Shown in pieces: positions 10,908 through 24,200 of a stretch of DNA of 64,000 nt; within the stretch, counting starts at the first letter, position 1, and the number at the start of each line of letters is the position of its first letter. The position numbers and the translations under genes were made by a program. Below the pieces are notes generated by a model. That model did no database searches, was not told the origin of the DNA, and saw nothing but the letters and a program-made list of their open reading frames with translations. The DNA comes from Marsupella aquatica (Eukaryota > Plantae > Marchantiophyta): contig OZ316897.1 of the NCBI GenBank assembly GCA_973895155.1, positions 12,237,832 to 12,301,831 of the forward strand, given 5' to 3'.

Positions 10908-12047
10908 ATGAGAAAATCACAAAAAATGTTGTTTTTCACAACTTCTTAAAAAACTCGAAACTCAACACCGCCGCGTAGCCCACAAAGCTAGGAGTCCAAT
11001 ACTGAAAACCGAAATCAAAATCGAAATTTGACGGAAAAGTTATTCAAATTTCGGTCGAGGTGGGTAAAACCTTGGGAAACTCCCCCGTTTTGACCACCTC
11101 AAGGAATAACCAAAATACCAAGTACAACCCGTTGTCGGAATTGCGATGTGATTGGTGCGCCGCGTTGCCAACTTCAATGGCTACGACCTCGCCGAAAAAT
11201 AACCAAAAAAGTTACCGTTCGGCGGATGAAATCTTTGTCGGACGGTCAAAAAATAGCTCTCTGGTTTTTTGGAATATTCTATGACCCTTGTACAAGCCCT
11301 GTGAGAATTTTGGAAGAACAATCGAGGGGCTAACACGTGTCCTCGAACCCCCAAAACCCCCTACCACCCTTCGTCGTCGAAATCTGGTCGCGCGCGCAGA
11401 AAATACACACGGCAGAATGTACCCCTCGACACCAAACGCAAGATATCTCACTCGGGTTTTGACGAAATCAAGATCTGATTTCAGATTTGGAAACTAAACT
11501 CCGAGGCGGTGAAGATCGATATAAGAAGCACCCAAAACGAGGAAATAACGAGAGAGAAAAAAATTGGTAAAGATGACAGATTTCTCTCAATTGCCATAGC
11601 CAATTTCGAATCAGTTTTTCAAAGAGAAAAAAATGGTACCTTGTCAACAACGAATGTTGATCAATTGCACTTGGTGCCGTCACCAAGTCCAACAAGGTAA
11701 TTGATTTTTGCTTAGCCTTCCTCTTTGCATCAAAGAGCCAATCCCGGACTCAAAACAATCGTCTTGCCTCAATCTCTCCGTTGAGTCAAAACACTTGACG
11801 CTTCTCCCTCCGAGTCGATTGCCAACTTTCTTCACAAAATCCAGAACGACGAAAACTTAGATCTCTCTGCACCACGAGCTCCGTTCAGCGATTTCTTCAC
11901 ACCGTTAGAAAGCTCTTGCCCTGATCTATCCGTTGAGCCAATAAACTCCAAGTTCCATGCGACGGAACTCTGGGAAATCCACCGACACTCAACGCTGGAA
12001 AAACCGTCATGAAATCCCATCACGAACACACATCACCTCCCAAGCAT

Positions 12048-12059
12048 GCTCTGATACCA
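12048..12059 (-). promoter_or_regulatory. Primer-binding site (tRNA-iMet 3' end) of Copia-A
   Basis: gctctgatacca on the plus strand equals TGGTATCAGAGC, 2 bp from the 5' LTR. Confidence 0.92.
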
Positions 12060-12061
12060 AT

Positions 12062-12518
12062 TGTTGAGCATAGACGACGATCGCAATGGCAAGCCCATGA
12101 ACCATCCAACGCACAATAGTCGACACAAGAGATACGTGGTTCACCTCCTCGAGGCTACGTCCACGGGAACACACAAGAGAGCTTTACTGAACTCTAAGCC
12201 CGTCGGCTATACCGAGTCTCCACAGTGTAAGCTCTCCCTATCTCTCAAGTGGCTCCATAACAATGAGCCTTGGTTCTACCTCTCCAAGCACACATGCCTC
12301 TTATGATATAGTGTGCAACTTAGTTGTACCTAACCACATAGTTGTACCTAATCACGTAGTTGTACCTAACCACATAGTTGTACCTAATCACGTAGTTGTA
12401 CCTAACCACATAGTTGTACCTAATCACGTAGTTGTACCTAACCACGTAGTTGTACCAACCCACGTTGTTGTACCAACCACGTCATACCTAACCTAGACGT
12501 AAGAGTAAATACCCAACA
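12062..12518 (-). repeat. 5' LTR of Copia-A (457 bp) with about 9 copies of the 18-bp repeat
   Basis: TG..CA termini, adjacent PBS, and TSD GGTAC after 12518. Confidence 0.95.
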
Positions 12519-13904
12519 GGTACAACAATGAAACAATGTTGTGACATTGTGCCTATCATGTTGACCAGTCATCATTGCTTATCTGAGTATTACATGTTAA
12601 TCATTACCTTGTATTTTTCCTTGATTGCATCAACAACTATTCATTGTATTCTTTGTTCTTTCATTGCTACAATAATATGCAATGATTTCATGATGTTTCA
12701 TCATTGTTAGATCAATGTTATTTCCCTGAAACAACATTGAAAATTCATTGCATAATGGATGACACCATTTGAAATACTCAAGGATACACCATGAAATATC
12801 ATTGAAATCAAAGCTTTTCAACCACTCTAACATACTGATTCAACAATGTAACAACATGGATGTCCACTCCATAACCGTTGACACATACAACTGAAAGAGA
12901 CACATAGAATATATACTTTACCATGAAAAGGGGCCAGAACATATAGTTCTCCAAAGTAAAATAGACGAGGAACATAACCACCTGACACACCAAGTGACCA
13001 GTGGTGGAGGAAAAGAGCGCTACTTAAAGAGTGGTCCAAATCTGAATTAAACACCCCGGGTAGCAGAAAGTGACTTAGAATGGAAATGACTGAACTAGAC
13101 CGGCATGCAGTTGATGGAGAGAACAGGATCAACTGATTCCTGACAATATCTCAGTGGAACGCCCACACATGTCAAAGTGACACGGAACTACCCAATCAGA
13201 CAAATTAATCCAGCAACGTTGACATCAAAACATAAATTAATTGAATGAACTTTAAGCCACGCATGTGCTACTCTGGCTCAAACTTTGACAATCATCATTC
13301 CGGATCAAGTAGCATTTATTTAGACAATCAAACATCATGCTTGCATCATCACCACCTTCAGGTAACAATCGATGACAAAGGAGGCAACCGTTGGATTTGA
13401 CAGAAATATTAACTTCCGTTTGCATCTAAGAGGAGCGAATCTTGCTAGTACGTTTGTGGGACATCACCAATTTGCTCGATATTAGATAACGACAAAGGAT
13501 AGGATGTCGATGGTCAAAATTGGCTCCTGTCCCACAATATTATAACCCTCATGTTGTGCTTACTATGTACATGAACGCAGTCAATTTTTATTATAACGAG
13601 TTTCTACTGCCAAGAATGAAAGACTCCGTTGTTTCTTGTTCTCCACGTCAAGTGCTAATCCCAGATTCAAAACAATTGTCTCGCCACAAACACTCCGCTG
13701 AGCCGTAGCACTTTGGGTTTCTTCCTTTGAGTCAAACGTGATAAAGATAAGCCCCAATTCATGCAAGACCAAAAAACCAGAACGTCTCTTTTGCTTGTCC
13801 CGATCTACAAGCGGAGCTATAGCATGTGACGTCTCCTTCGCCACAGAGCTCACACCGCCAAGAAAAAGAACTCTAGTCCCTCCTCCAAAAAACCATCAAA
13901 TACA

Positions 13905-14502
13905 AATCTTGTCAACTTTCTTTATAAAATCCAGAGCGACAAAAACTTTGATCTCTTTGCACCACAAAATTTGTTCAAAGATTTCTACATACGCACCGTT
14001 GGAAAGCCCTTGCCCCAATCTATTCAATGAGCCCATAAACTCCAAGTTCCATGCAACGGAACTTTGGGAAATTCATCGACGCTAACCGCTAGAAAAACCG
14101 TCACAAAAACATGTCACAAAAACATGTCACCTCCCAAGCATGCTCTGATACTAATTGTTGAGCATAGACGACATTTACAATGGTAAGCCCATGACACATT
14201 CAATGGATAAGTAGTCAACGCAAGAGATATGTGATTTACCTCCTTGAGACTACATTCACGGGAACACACACTAGAGCTTTACTGAACTCTAAGTCAGTCG
14301 GTCATACCAAGTCTCTATAGTGTAAGTTCCCCTCATTTCTCAAGTGGTTCCATAACAATGAGCCTTAGTTCCACTTATCCTAGCAAACACAGCTTAGGAT
14401 ATAGTGTGCAACTTAGTTAACCTAACCATGTTTTGACTATGGTTAGCCTAACTATGGTTACATGTAGTAACCCTAGACGTAAGTCAGAGTAAATACCTAA
14501 CA
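13905..14502 (-). mobile_element. Truncated, older relative of Copia-A (5' LTR 14156..14502, degenerate PBS and part of the 5' UTR)
   Basis: Colinear with about 11820..12518 (gagcccataaactccaagttccatgc; caagcatgctctgatactaattgttgagcatagacgac; gagtaaatacctaaca). The left boundary is approximate. Confidence 0.85.
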
Positions 14503-15637
14503 CAATCCCCCCCTCCTTCACATGCAAGGGTTATGGAGAGTGTGTGCATGTGTGTGGATGGGTATAGTGGTGAGAGTCCTAGAGTAGTTTCTCTTCAGCC
14601 CTTGAACCCCAATTTAAGGAATATTGAAGTATTAGATTAATTCCAGTTTTATCTAAATATTATTAGTTAATGAATGATCAACCCTCTTTCACATTTTTTG
14701 GGATACTCAAAAACCTCAAATGTTTTGTTGCAAGATTTTTATAAAAATGCATCACTAAATGGCATCAAGTACCTCTTGATCCGGTCACAAATCCTCTATG
14801 TAAATTGGGGTGGCACTAATACACATTATTAATGACATTCTCATCTTTGGTTGGCTACCCTGCTTTGGGGCTCTAGTTCAACCCTCTTTGACTCCCTCCT
14901 AGTTTAATTGGGTCCATCTCAGATCCCGAGGTATGACCCCCTTGTGGTTACCTTATAGAGGTGCATGCTCCGGAGATGGTTGTCTATCCTCTGTTGGATG
15001 GGTCAGCTTTTCATTGAATGATAACCATTTTATAAATTTTGTTCCCCCGCGAAAAGCCCCACGGGAAGGGTGAACAAACAGGCAGAAGGGCCCAAAAGGC
15101 AACACACAACAGGACCGCAGTCCAACACACACACACACTGACACATAGAATAGGCAAGGGTTCATCCCTTACCCCACGCCCCATCACCAGCACAGGGCAC
15201 CAATGGGAGGGCAACCACACAATGCCACTAATAACAGGGCCAGTCCAATTTTGAGAGAACAAGACAGAAAAGGCAGCCATCAAAAGAGTCAACTCCCGGA
15301 AGTGATACATCTCCCACCACCGCCTAGCCATCCTCTACGAAGACTATCTATCTAGGATTTTGCTTGTAGAAGTTGGGTGCACTTCATGCCTGGGGGGAAC
15401 GCCTACTAATGTTCAGCAAATAAGCTGTCTGCTGCCTCAGACAAAACGAGTCCCAAATCAAACACCTGTCTTGCCCCCGTCTGGAACATATGTGTGTTTT
15501 GTCCCATCAAGAGCCTCCAAAGAATTTGATGCAAGACAAACATCTGAGCCACCTGGACAGACTCCTTCCCACAGCCCTGTCAAGCAGGGCCAACAACCCG
15601 AGTCCAATTGGCATATTTAAAGCGCTCAACAAATCCT

Positions 15638-15934
15638 TGTTTGGGATAATCCCTATCCCGAGACACCATGCACATGAGAACACCATACAAAGTAGTCGAT
15701 ACAGCGAGTACGTGGTTCACCTCATGACCGAGGCTACGTCCACGGGAAAGCAAGAGACCTTTAAATACTTCTCTCTTGCTCAACTCCAACAATGAACTGA
15801 AGATCCACCAGGGACTGGCACCAGCCCTGGCTATATACACAACAACACTACCGCTAACCTTAGCTAAGTCCTAACCTGAGTTAGCCTAACTGTGGTTAGC
15901 TCAAGAGTCACAAGACTAAGAGCAATACATAACA
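15638..15934. mobile_element. Solo LTR of a copia family related to Copia-A
   Basis: TG..CA termini and 5-bp TSD ATCCT (15633..15637, 15935..15939). Shares tacgtggttcacctc..gaggctacgtccacgggaa with the Copia-A LTRs. Confidence 0.85.
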
Positions 15935-16227
15935 ATCCTGACATAGGTTCCAGTAGCAAACAACATGTGGGCAAAGGAAAAAAAGGTGAGGGATAGATTC
16001 GAGGATGGGTCAGCTTTTGGTTTCAAGACAAAAAAAGAAGTCTGCTAGAGCTTGTTTGAAAGGAATAGTTAGTACATTAAAATAATAATAACATCATGGC
16101 ATTCTGTACTATAGTCCCCAAAAGAACAAATTAAAGACATAGTTGAAGTTTTGTATCTAAAATCTGTAGTGTACATTCTTGTCACCAAAAATACAAAGCG
16201 GAAAATAGGTAAGGGCATTAAGTACTA

Positions 16228-16603
16228 CACTGTTCAGTGTAATTAGTGTGACTAACACTAATTTGAGAGCACTCATTTTCAGGGTCTACTCCCAAATTAG
16301 TGTTAGTCACACTAATTTTGTGCTAACACTATTTGCGTGCACATGAATTAGTGTTATTATGGTCTCAAGAGTGAAAAATAGAGGGAAAAACACTATTTTG
16401 AAAAATACACAACAAATACTGGTACTTTTGGACTCAAGATAGTCCATTTTTTACTAACAATATAAACAAAAGTGGAAGAAAACTGTTCAAAAAAACCTAC
16501 AAAAATTAGTGTTACTTGGACTCAAAATCATTTTTATCAAAAATAGTAACACTAATTTTGTACTAATGCTAATTCTTGCATACACTAATTACGGTGAACA
16601 GTG
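16228..16603. mobile_element. MITE with CACTG..CAGTG termini (CACTA/EnSpm-like, non-autonomous)
   Basis: TIRs cactgttcagtgtaattagtgt / acactaattacggtgaacagtg, flanked by TA on both sides. Multiple subterminal taacactaatt/aattagtgtta repeats. Confidence 0.75.
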
Positions 16604-17029
16604 TAATAATCATTGCCTTTGAATATGATAATGTATTGGTTAGAGGGCATTATTCTCATAATGCTTGTAACTAGGACATCAACATAAGTAAAAATGAGTG
16701 ATTTTTTGATAACAGACAAGACAAGTTCATCTTTGAAATATAAAATTGAAATTAAAGGGCCCTGCAAGAAGTGGTTGCTATGAAACTGACCTAAAACATG
16801 AAAGAAGTTTAAAGCAAATCTTGTGATCTTTCTTACAATTATGGTGTTTTGCATAATCTTCTCCTCAAAAGAAGGGAGATTTGGAATATTAATGCACTCA
16901 AAAATACAAACAGAAAAATCAGAAACCCCCCCCTCAAAAGAAAGGAGGTTGTATGGAAAATTAATGCACATTGAAAATTAATGCACTCACAAATACAAAG
17001 AGAAAAATCACAAATCTATTTCCGGTATT

Positions 17030-20000
17030 GGGAGATGATGTCTATCAAAAGGCACCCGTAGTGGGGTCGGATCTAGGTGCACACAACTTCTCTTTACGAC
17101 AAACCTAATACTCTGGATAGACGCTAGTGGAACTTGACTATGCCTAGTTTATGTATTCTGTCTCAAATAAACTAACTGGACCCCAAGACTGCAGGTGAAG
17201 AAATCTACACGCTAGTGGAACTTGACTATGCCTAGTTTATGTATTCTGTCTCAAATAAACTAACTGGACCCCAAGACTGCAGGTGAAGAAATCTACGAGA
17301 GAGAGACTCTACGAGTTTGCATTGAGTCTAACTAAGTAACTGGACCCCAATACATGTCAAGAAATTTACCAGAAAGACTTGTCTTGACCAGATTCTAGAT
17401 TGAGTCTTGGCTGCCAACTTTCGTGCCAAGTTATGAAGATATCACAGTTACTTACTCTGCATCATCTTCGCATCTACAAATACTACAGTACGTTTTTCCA
17501 CTTTGGCCAACAGATACTGATCAGGGCAAGAAACATGATTTGATCATATATTTTTCTTTGACTTTCCATCCATGCTGTAAGATGATGATGCAGCTTCGAC
17601 AGTCGTGTCCAAGTGGGTCCAGGACATGCACAGATGGAATCAAAATACAGGTTCCTTTCAATTACTCAAGTGAAGGAGACACCCTCTTCTTCCTTTTTCT
17701 TTGTGGAGCGGAAAGTCGAAAGAGAAAGCACGTGTACTGCATGGGAGGAGGAGAATCAGAGCTGGGGTTTGGTGGTGGGGACGTTAGTAAACTTCTCAGT
17801 GTGAGCCCAAAATTTTGAAGTCCAGCAAAGGGCAAGAAGCCTGCCTTGGGGAGACCTTAGTTTCCCCCAGATTTAAATTCCCAGCGAACTACTGTAAATA
17901 TATATAGGCAATAGATTTCTGGATATTTCTGACAAATTTCAGGACCCCGGCCGGTTCCATTGGAGATGCTCAACAGACTGAAGTCATGAGCCGTGGAGCC
18001 ACAAGAGTTCAGCGGCAGCCCATATTACAAATATCAACCGACTCTCATGTTGTGTGACAGTCTCGAAGTGTCCACTCTGGTACAACAAACGTTGATTTCC
18101 TTTCTTTTGAAGCAAAAAGGAGGGCGGATGTATGCTGTTTTTTTGGATGGAATTCAAAAAGATTTTTCAAGGAAAAAAAAAGGAAAAAAAAAGGACGGAT
18201 GCAAACAATCAAAAGCTACTGTACATGGTGGGCTCTCGGCACGACTTGCCAAATTACTGTAGGGCGTCGAAAGTCACTACTGGTGACCGAACAAGGTCAC
18301 GGATACGTAAGAGGGATCACTGGGCCCGTGCAATCTAAAGGGGATGGGAGCAGGGTTGCAGCATCACTCTACCTAGTCTTCAGGGCGAGAAAATATGGCT
18401 CCCATGGCAACAAATCGTCACTAATTGAAAGATTTTCTCTTTTCAGTTGCGTTTGACAAATTTGGTACTCAGTTGAAAGCTTCCAGGTAGTTATCAGCTT
18501 CGAGAAGACTGGTCTTGGCCAATAGATTGTGATAGATTGTGAAGACTCTGCAAGGATTGGATTGAATAGAATGATGATATCTTGTTCTTTATTTTACATG
18601 CCAGTGACCAATCCCAAAAACGATTTCCGTTTGGAAGTCCCGCCTCCGTGGGTCCAGGACATAGTGCCTCCCGCCATCTCACCTACTGGCTATGCAACAA
18701 TTACCCTGTAATCTAAAACTTTCCGACGCGGTCGTCACTACAAACTGCAGATACAGAGTGTCCAGAAATATGCTTTTTCTTAATCTAATGCAACATCAGA
18801 GTAGACCCTCCTCCAGAATTTCCAGCTAAAACCAATCCCAAGAGAAGAAACGAAAGATTATACCCAGCCTTGACGAATAAAAGGCTCGCGAATACGAAAC
18901 ATTTTCTTGGGTTTTGTCTGTACAAAACTTCCCACTACAGAGATAATCGAAGTCTCTTCTCCTAATAATTGGAGAGCCTCTCTGGGAGAAATAATATTCA
19001 AAGGATAAAAATTCTGAAGCGACTCAATGGCTTTATGTTCAGCTTCGAAGTTCGGTTGGTCTAAGCACACCCTGGCAGTAGTCAATTGTGCAACAAAATA
19101 TGACTTCCTATTCGTGATGCAGAAAATGGTGCGACTAACTTTTTTAGCGGCGAACCATGAGACCGTGGACATATCGACGCTAGGCAGCATTTACTCAAGA
19201 AAAAACGAGGACGGCAGCCAACTGAACAACATTTACCTCAATTGGTCAAAAAGCCTCTCGGAATATCAACTGGGAAAAACTTTGATGCACATCTGCACGA
19301 GAATTCCGCCAGGAAAGGAAAGTTCAAATTTCAATCAAGCCCGACTTACTATAGCTCTGCCTGGCTCTGTCTTCATTTGCTTATCTCAACGGTTTGAGTA
19401 TTTTCTCCTTTTCTCCTTTTCATTTCTTCGATTGCAGCCAAGAATTTGGTCGTTTCGGGAAAAAGGAATGAATTATGTACTTCAAGAGAAACAGGCAGTT
19501 ATCACGTATACATCTGCCCTTGCGTCGAAAGAACAAGATTAGGATCATCGAGAATGAAACTCACTAATCCGGATATTCCAAGTATAAATATGTCAAGCCC
19601 GATGGAGAAATCTGTGCGGACGAATGCGCGTGCTCGGCAAATAATGAATCCCGATCCTTTCAGCTGAAGAAACCAAATCCTGGGGAACTAGATTAACCAA
19701 CTGTGCTAAATAAATTCTCCAGAATCTCGCTATTCGAAGGAGAAATATGTCAAGCATTTGACGGGAAGCTATGACGTTCTGATCGTCCAGGGACAGCAAA
19801 TTTGGCACTTATAAAATATGCAAAAGGATCTGCTTCCTAGCCTGACGCAATAGACGAAGATACGACTTGCTACTTTAACAGAGATCGATAAGACAATGGA
19901 AATAGAATCCAGACACAAATTATTGAAGGAAAAACAAGGACAGCAACCAAGTGAACTCACATGTCGGTGCCGTCCACGAGTACGTAGGGTTCGCAGGGCT

Positions 20001-21255
20001 TCATGACAGCTTCTCCCATTGGCAATTACATTTCATGATTGTCCAATTGACCTCTCGGCATATCATTTCGAGAAACATTAATTCAGCAAGTCTGCCACCA
20101 AAGGACCGTCCAATAAAGCCCCGATTACTAAAGCTTTGCTTGGTTCTAAACTACATGTAGTTTGTCTAGACCATATAGATTAAGACCGATCATTCTTTGC
20201 ATTGGATTCCTCACTCTCCAAATCACAATGCTTTTCCCAAAACCATCGACCTAAGTGGGGTTCCCTGGATTGTGCGACAAAAACTGCGTAAAGGCTTGTA
20301 TTTGCATCCCAGGTTGATCGTTGTCCAGTAATGAAGAGCATGTCACATTGGGGAAGGGGGAAATCGAAATTCCTGTTATTAGCAATGAGCAATTTCCTCC
20401 ATTGGCTCCACCTATTGCCACTCGCGCCTGAAGCACCTGAAAGAGTTGACCGAGGTAATGGTAGTTACTGCTTGTTTGATTCACATAATAAAACAATTGT
20501 AAAGCACTCTGGAATTTCAGAAGCCACGCAATCATTCAGATGAGAAAAACACTGGCGGCTCCATACTCGAACTCACGGAGGCGTCGTCGTTGTGCTCAAT
20601 GCTGTCGTCAATTCCTTGAAGCGACTAAAAATATATAAACCAGACAATTCGTAGGATGGAATGCAAATAAATGTCTTCGCAAGTCAGATCTAGTTGAAAC
20701 CGTCGGCCAAAACTCGAAGTTAGAGAATCAAACGAAATGCTCATTCAAATCTCCCCAGATCACTTACAAGGGCAATCTTTCTTCGCTTCATCATTGTCTC
20801 TCGACATGAGCAAGCTCCCTGAAAACAAGGTGAACGATAAGGGTAGTCGCTTCACGGTTACAGTCAACACTTCTAGCTGGACAAAACAGAAACACGCAAT
20901 TTGCTGCATGTAAAAATGCTCAGCATTGTCCGCAAACACGGAGTATGCTCCAGAAATCGGGGGTCTAGTAGACGGACATCCTGCCAACAAAACTCCTTCC
21001 ACCAAGTGGATGCCAACCACTCACGACAACTAGAAAATGGAAATGAGAATGTCTGAGGGTTGCTCGAGCTCTACCTCACCACATCAAGTTCTTCTGGGTA
21101 CAGTCCACGCGCTGAACGGTAGACTTCTAGCTGTACCAATTTTGGCCCGAAAAGTCATCTGTTCAGAGAGCCTCTCATACCACTTACACCAATGCGCTGC
21201 TACATCCTTGACAGGCAGGAAGCAGTTGTGAGAATCTCTCAAGATCGATCACGGT
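17030..21255. repeat. 3' flank of Roco copy 2, duplicated as the 3' flank of copy 3 (about 31759..34605, which lacks about 18030..19220)
   Basis: Colinear similarity. Paired spurious ORFs: 19446..19667/32811..33074, 19951..20160/33322..33522, 21037..21231/34387..34722. Confidence 0.85.
17121..17296. repeat. Perfect 88-bp tandem duplication
   Basis: acgctagtggaac...gaagaaatctac at 17121..17208 and 17209..17296. Present as a single copy in the paralogous flank near 31848..31938. Confidence 0.9.
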
Positions 21256-24200
21256 TTACATGTCGTTAACCAGATTAGACTTCCTGAACTTCTGATGACA
21301 TTCGGTGCAGATCCAAACAACACCATGGAGAGAACCATCGTTGTACGCCAAACACACCTTTCGAAGTCCTAACTTCTCCTCGTAGGCCTCTGCTGTCAAT
21401 TTTCCTACTAAATTAGTGATGGCTGCTCTACTCTTTCCATACAAATCCTGAGGGTTCAAAGGGGGACCAGTAGGATCAAGTCCCATGCCCTCAGTCATCA
21501 GCTTGTCTAATTCTGGCATTGAGTACTCGGTGGCCCAGACGATTCCATCCAACACTGATTTTCCTTGCTGTACTTGCTGGAAGTCGGGCAGTAGCAAACC
21601 CGCCCCAGGGGCTACGACATTCGCTGCAATTTTTGCAGAGATTAAGAGAACTGTGAGTGACACTTTGAGCCACGGGACAAGTGTTTTCAGGGCCGGCTTG
21701 AGGTCTGAAACAACCAGGCCCAACTGGTCCTTGACTTGATGCGGTGTGTAACTATTGTACCTGGCCTCACATGCAAATTGCAAACGAACATCGACACTTG
21801 GTGACAAAGCCTCCTTCAATGTAGCCCTTACACCAGAATCTCGTTTCCCCAAATAGATGAGGTTTGGGCAGGTTCTGTCCTTGTCTTCTTTCAGAAATCT
21901 GTCAGTGTCTTGAAGCTTCCGAAACACCCTTTTCTGCTCCTTCAAAACCTCTGCAAATCCCTCCACAAGCATCCTTTCAACATTCTTCACCTGCTTGTAG
22001 ATCTTATCCTGGCTGTTCATAATCTTATCCAGCTTCTCATCCATATTGTGCAGCTTTCCGTTAACAGTTGATAATCTTTGCATCTTCTCGGCAGTTGGGC
22101 TTGTAGGTGGATTCGCCATTTCAATGCCATCCGATGCCAGTGCCGGCTCTTCCACCTTGTCCCCGTCTGTTGAGATATCCCACTCTTCAGTTAAGTCGGG
22201 TGGATAGATTCCCAGGGTGACAGCTTCCTGTAATCCTTGCCTCAAAACATTCAGGTCGTTCTTTGCTGACATAATCACATACTTTTTGTCCTTGGTGGAC
22301 AGCAGCTGATCTTCTGTTATTGCAGAGTCAAAGCCGACACGCCACTGCATTTTTCTTCCCATGCCATGCACTTGCACACACCTCTTCACTTCAGCCACTT
22401 CCACATTTCTGTGCTTCATGTACCCTTCTTGTTTAGACTGGGAAACAGGCCAAGGCCAAACCACTTTCTGCACGTACTGAACCCCTCCACAAACCTCATT
22501 CCACAGGTCCAGGAGTATATTGACCAGATCATCAGCGAGGTTCACTTGGCAGTTTTTCCTTTGGATTACATCCATCTCGTCTTTCCTGAATTGGGGCTTC
22601 ACCAAAATGCTGATTTCATCAAATGTGGGAGAGTCGTTTTTGGCGTTAACCTCAATCCTTACGTTCATGTAATCCACTGTGAACGTCATGAAATACTTAC
22701 CAGCAACAAAGTCATTGTCTAGGACATTTCCATTATTGAACTCTGGGCTCTGAGCAAGCTGAACCTGAAATCTATGCCACAAGGACATTGGTGCTAGAGT
22801 CATCTCCTGTTGCTGGTGCTGAATAGAGAAACCCATTACCCACTGCTCCTCTCCATCATCATGGTTGCTCCTAGACTGCCACCCATCTTCAGGATCCAAA
22901 TTCCCATCAATAAGAGACGGTATAAACACTTTGTCGTCCTTGCCCTTGTAGCACAATCCCAACCATAGCAGGATAGCAATCAGATCTTCACAATCTTTGA
23001 GACCCCACCTAGCTTCAAAGAACACCTTGAAAGCTCCCATTGAAATAGAACCTGTACTCGCATCCAGTTTTTTTCTAAAGATATGGTCGCCCTCTGCACG
23101 CTTGACCATATCTTCAGAAAGGAACATATTTCCTATAATTTCCTTGCAGAACCAGTTGGGATTGAGGACAATAAGCCATGGAGAAGCGATACCCCATTGA
23201 GCAGGAAAGCTCTTGTCAACGTATACTAGGACTCCAGCTTCGTGCAAATATTTAGTTGCGGATAAAATTATTTGCTCAGGCCAGTCCTCCTGTAATTGCT
23301 GAACCATCTCCACGAAATCTTCCCATCCTAGCACAGGGAACTCCTTCCTTGCCTCACTCCAAATAGGAAGCCTCTGTCGAATGACATCACAGATAGTGGG
23401 AACAATCTGTCCTTTGAGCAAAGTCATGCAATGCACTAACAGACTCGTTTTAAAACCATTGACTTTCCCTTTTCTCCTAACATCCACTATAAACGGATCA
23501 GTGCGAACATCCAAAAGGCCAGTAAACTTTTTCCTCTTTTCCTTTAGCAGCACCTCCCAAACTTGGCTGTTTCTCTGTACATGTTTATGTCCTCCCATGT
23601 TGTTCAGGACAACAAAGACATGTCGGGTTTGTCTGGTGGCCTGGTGGTCGCTCGATGCAATGTGACGTAACCAGTAATCAAGCTGTTTGTCGACCTCATT
23701 TGGTGGACAGCTGCAATTGCAAACAATGACAAATATGGTAGCTGCTCCTTGAGAGATGGTAGAGTTCCCAAATGAGAAACTTAGAGCGGGGAAGAAAGCA
23801 TTGTGCACCAAATGATAATCTTCCTGTCCCGCCATGTCCCAAACCTGGAGTGTTATTGGGTTTTGATTTTTCCTCTTGCTACCTTTGCTGCCGACTTTGG
23901 AGACATCAATGCCTCTTGTGCGGGCCTCCACGTGAGGCCTCCTTTCCCATGTCCATAGTGATTGCCAAAGTGTCCTCTTCAGTGTATGACAAAGTGTTGT
24001 CTTCCCCGTCTTTGGATCTCCACAAAGATAAATCTTTCCAAAGGCAGCTGGGACCATGGAAGAGCCCGCGAGCCCCGCTAAAATATCCTTGTATCTGGTA
24101 TTGCGCTTCCTTAGTTGCTCATATTGGCGTTTCAATTCTGGAAACCTGAACCACTCAAAGTCTACGTGGACAGTGAGAGACTTGTTTAGGGCGAGTGCAG

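Larger units (their letters stand above)
5986..12518 (-). mobile_element. Full-length Ty1/copia LTR retrotransposon (Copia-A, Tnt1/Tork-like)
   Basis: TG..CA LTRs at 5986..6406 and 12062..12518. 5-bp TSD GGTAC (5981..5985, 12519..12523). PBS TGGTATCAGAGC (12048..12059, minus) and PPT AGGGGAAGAT (6407..6416). Domain order gag-PR-INT-RT-RH. Confidence 0.97.

Noticed and set aside
14996-16018. 16-bp direct repeat ggatgggtcagctttt at about 14996 and 16003
   Set aside because: No associated TIR/LTR structure could be defined, so there is too little to call an element.
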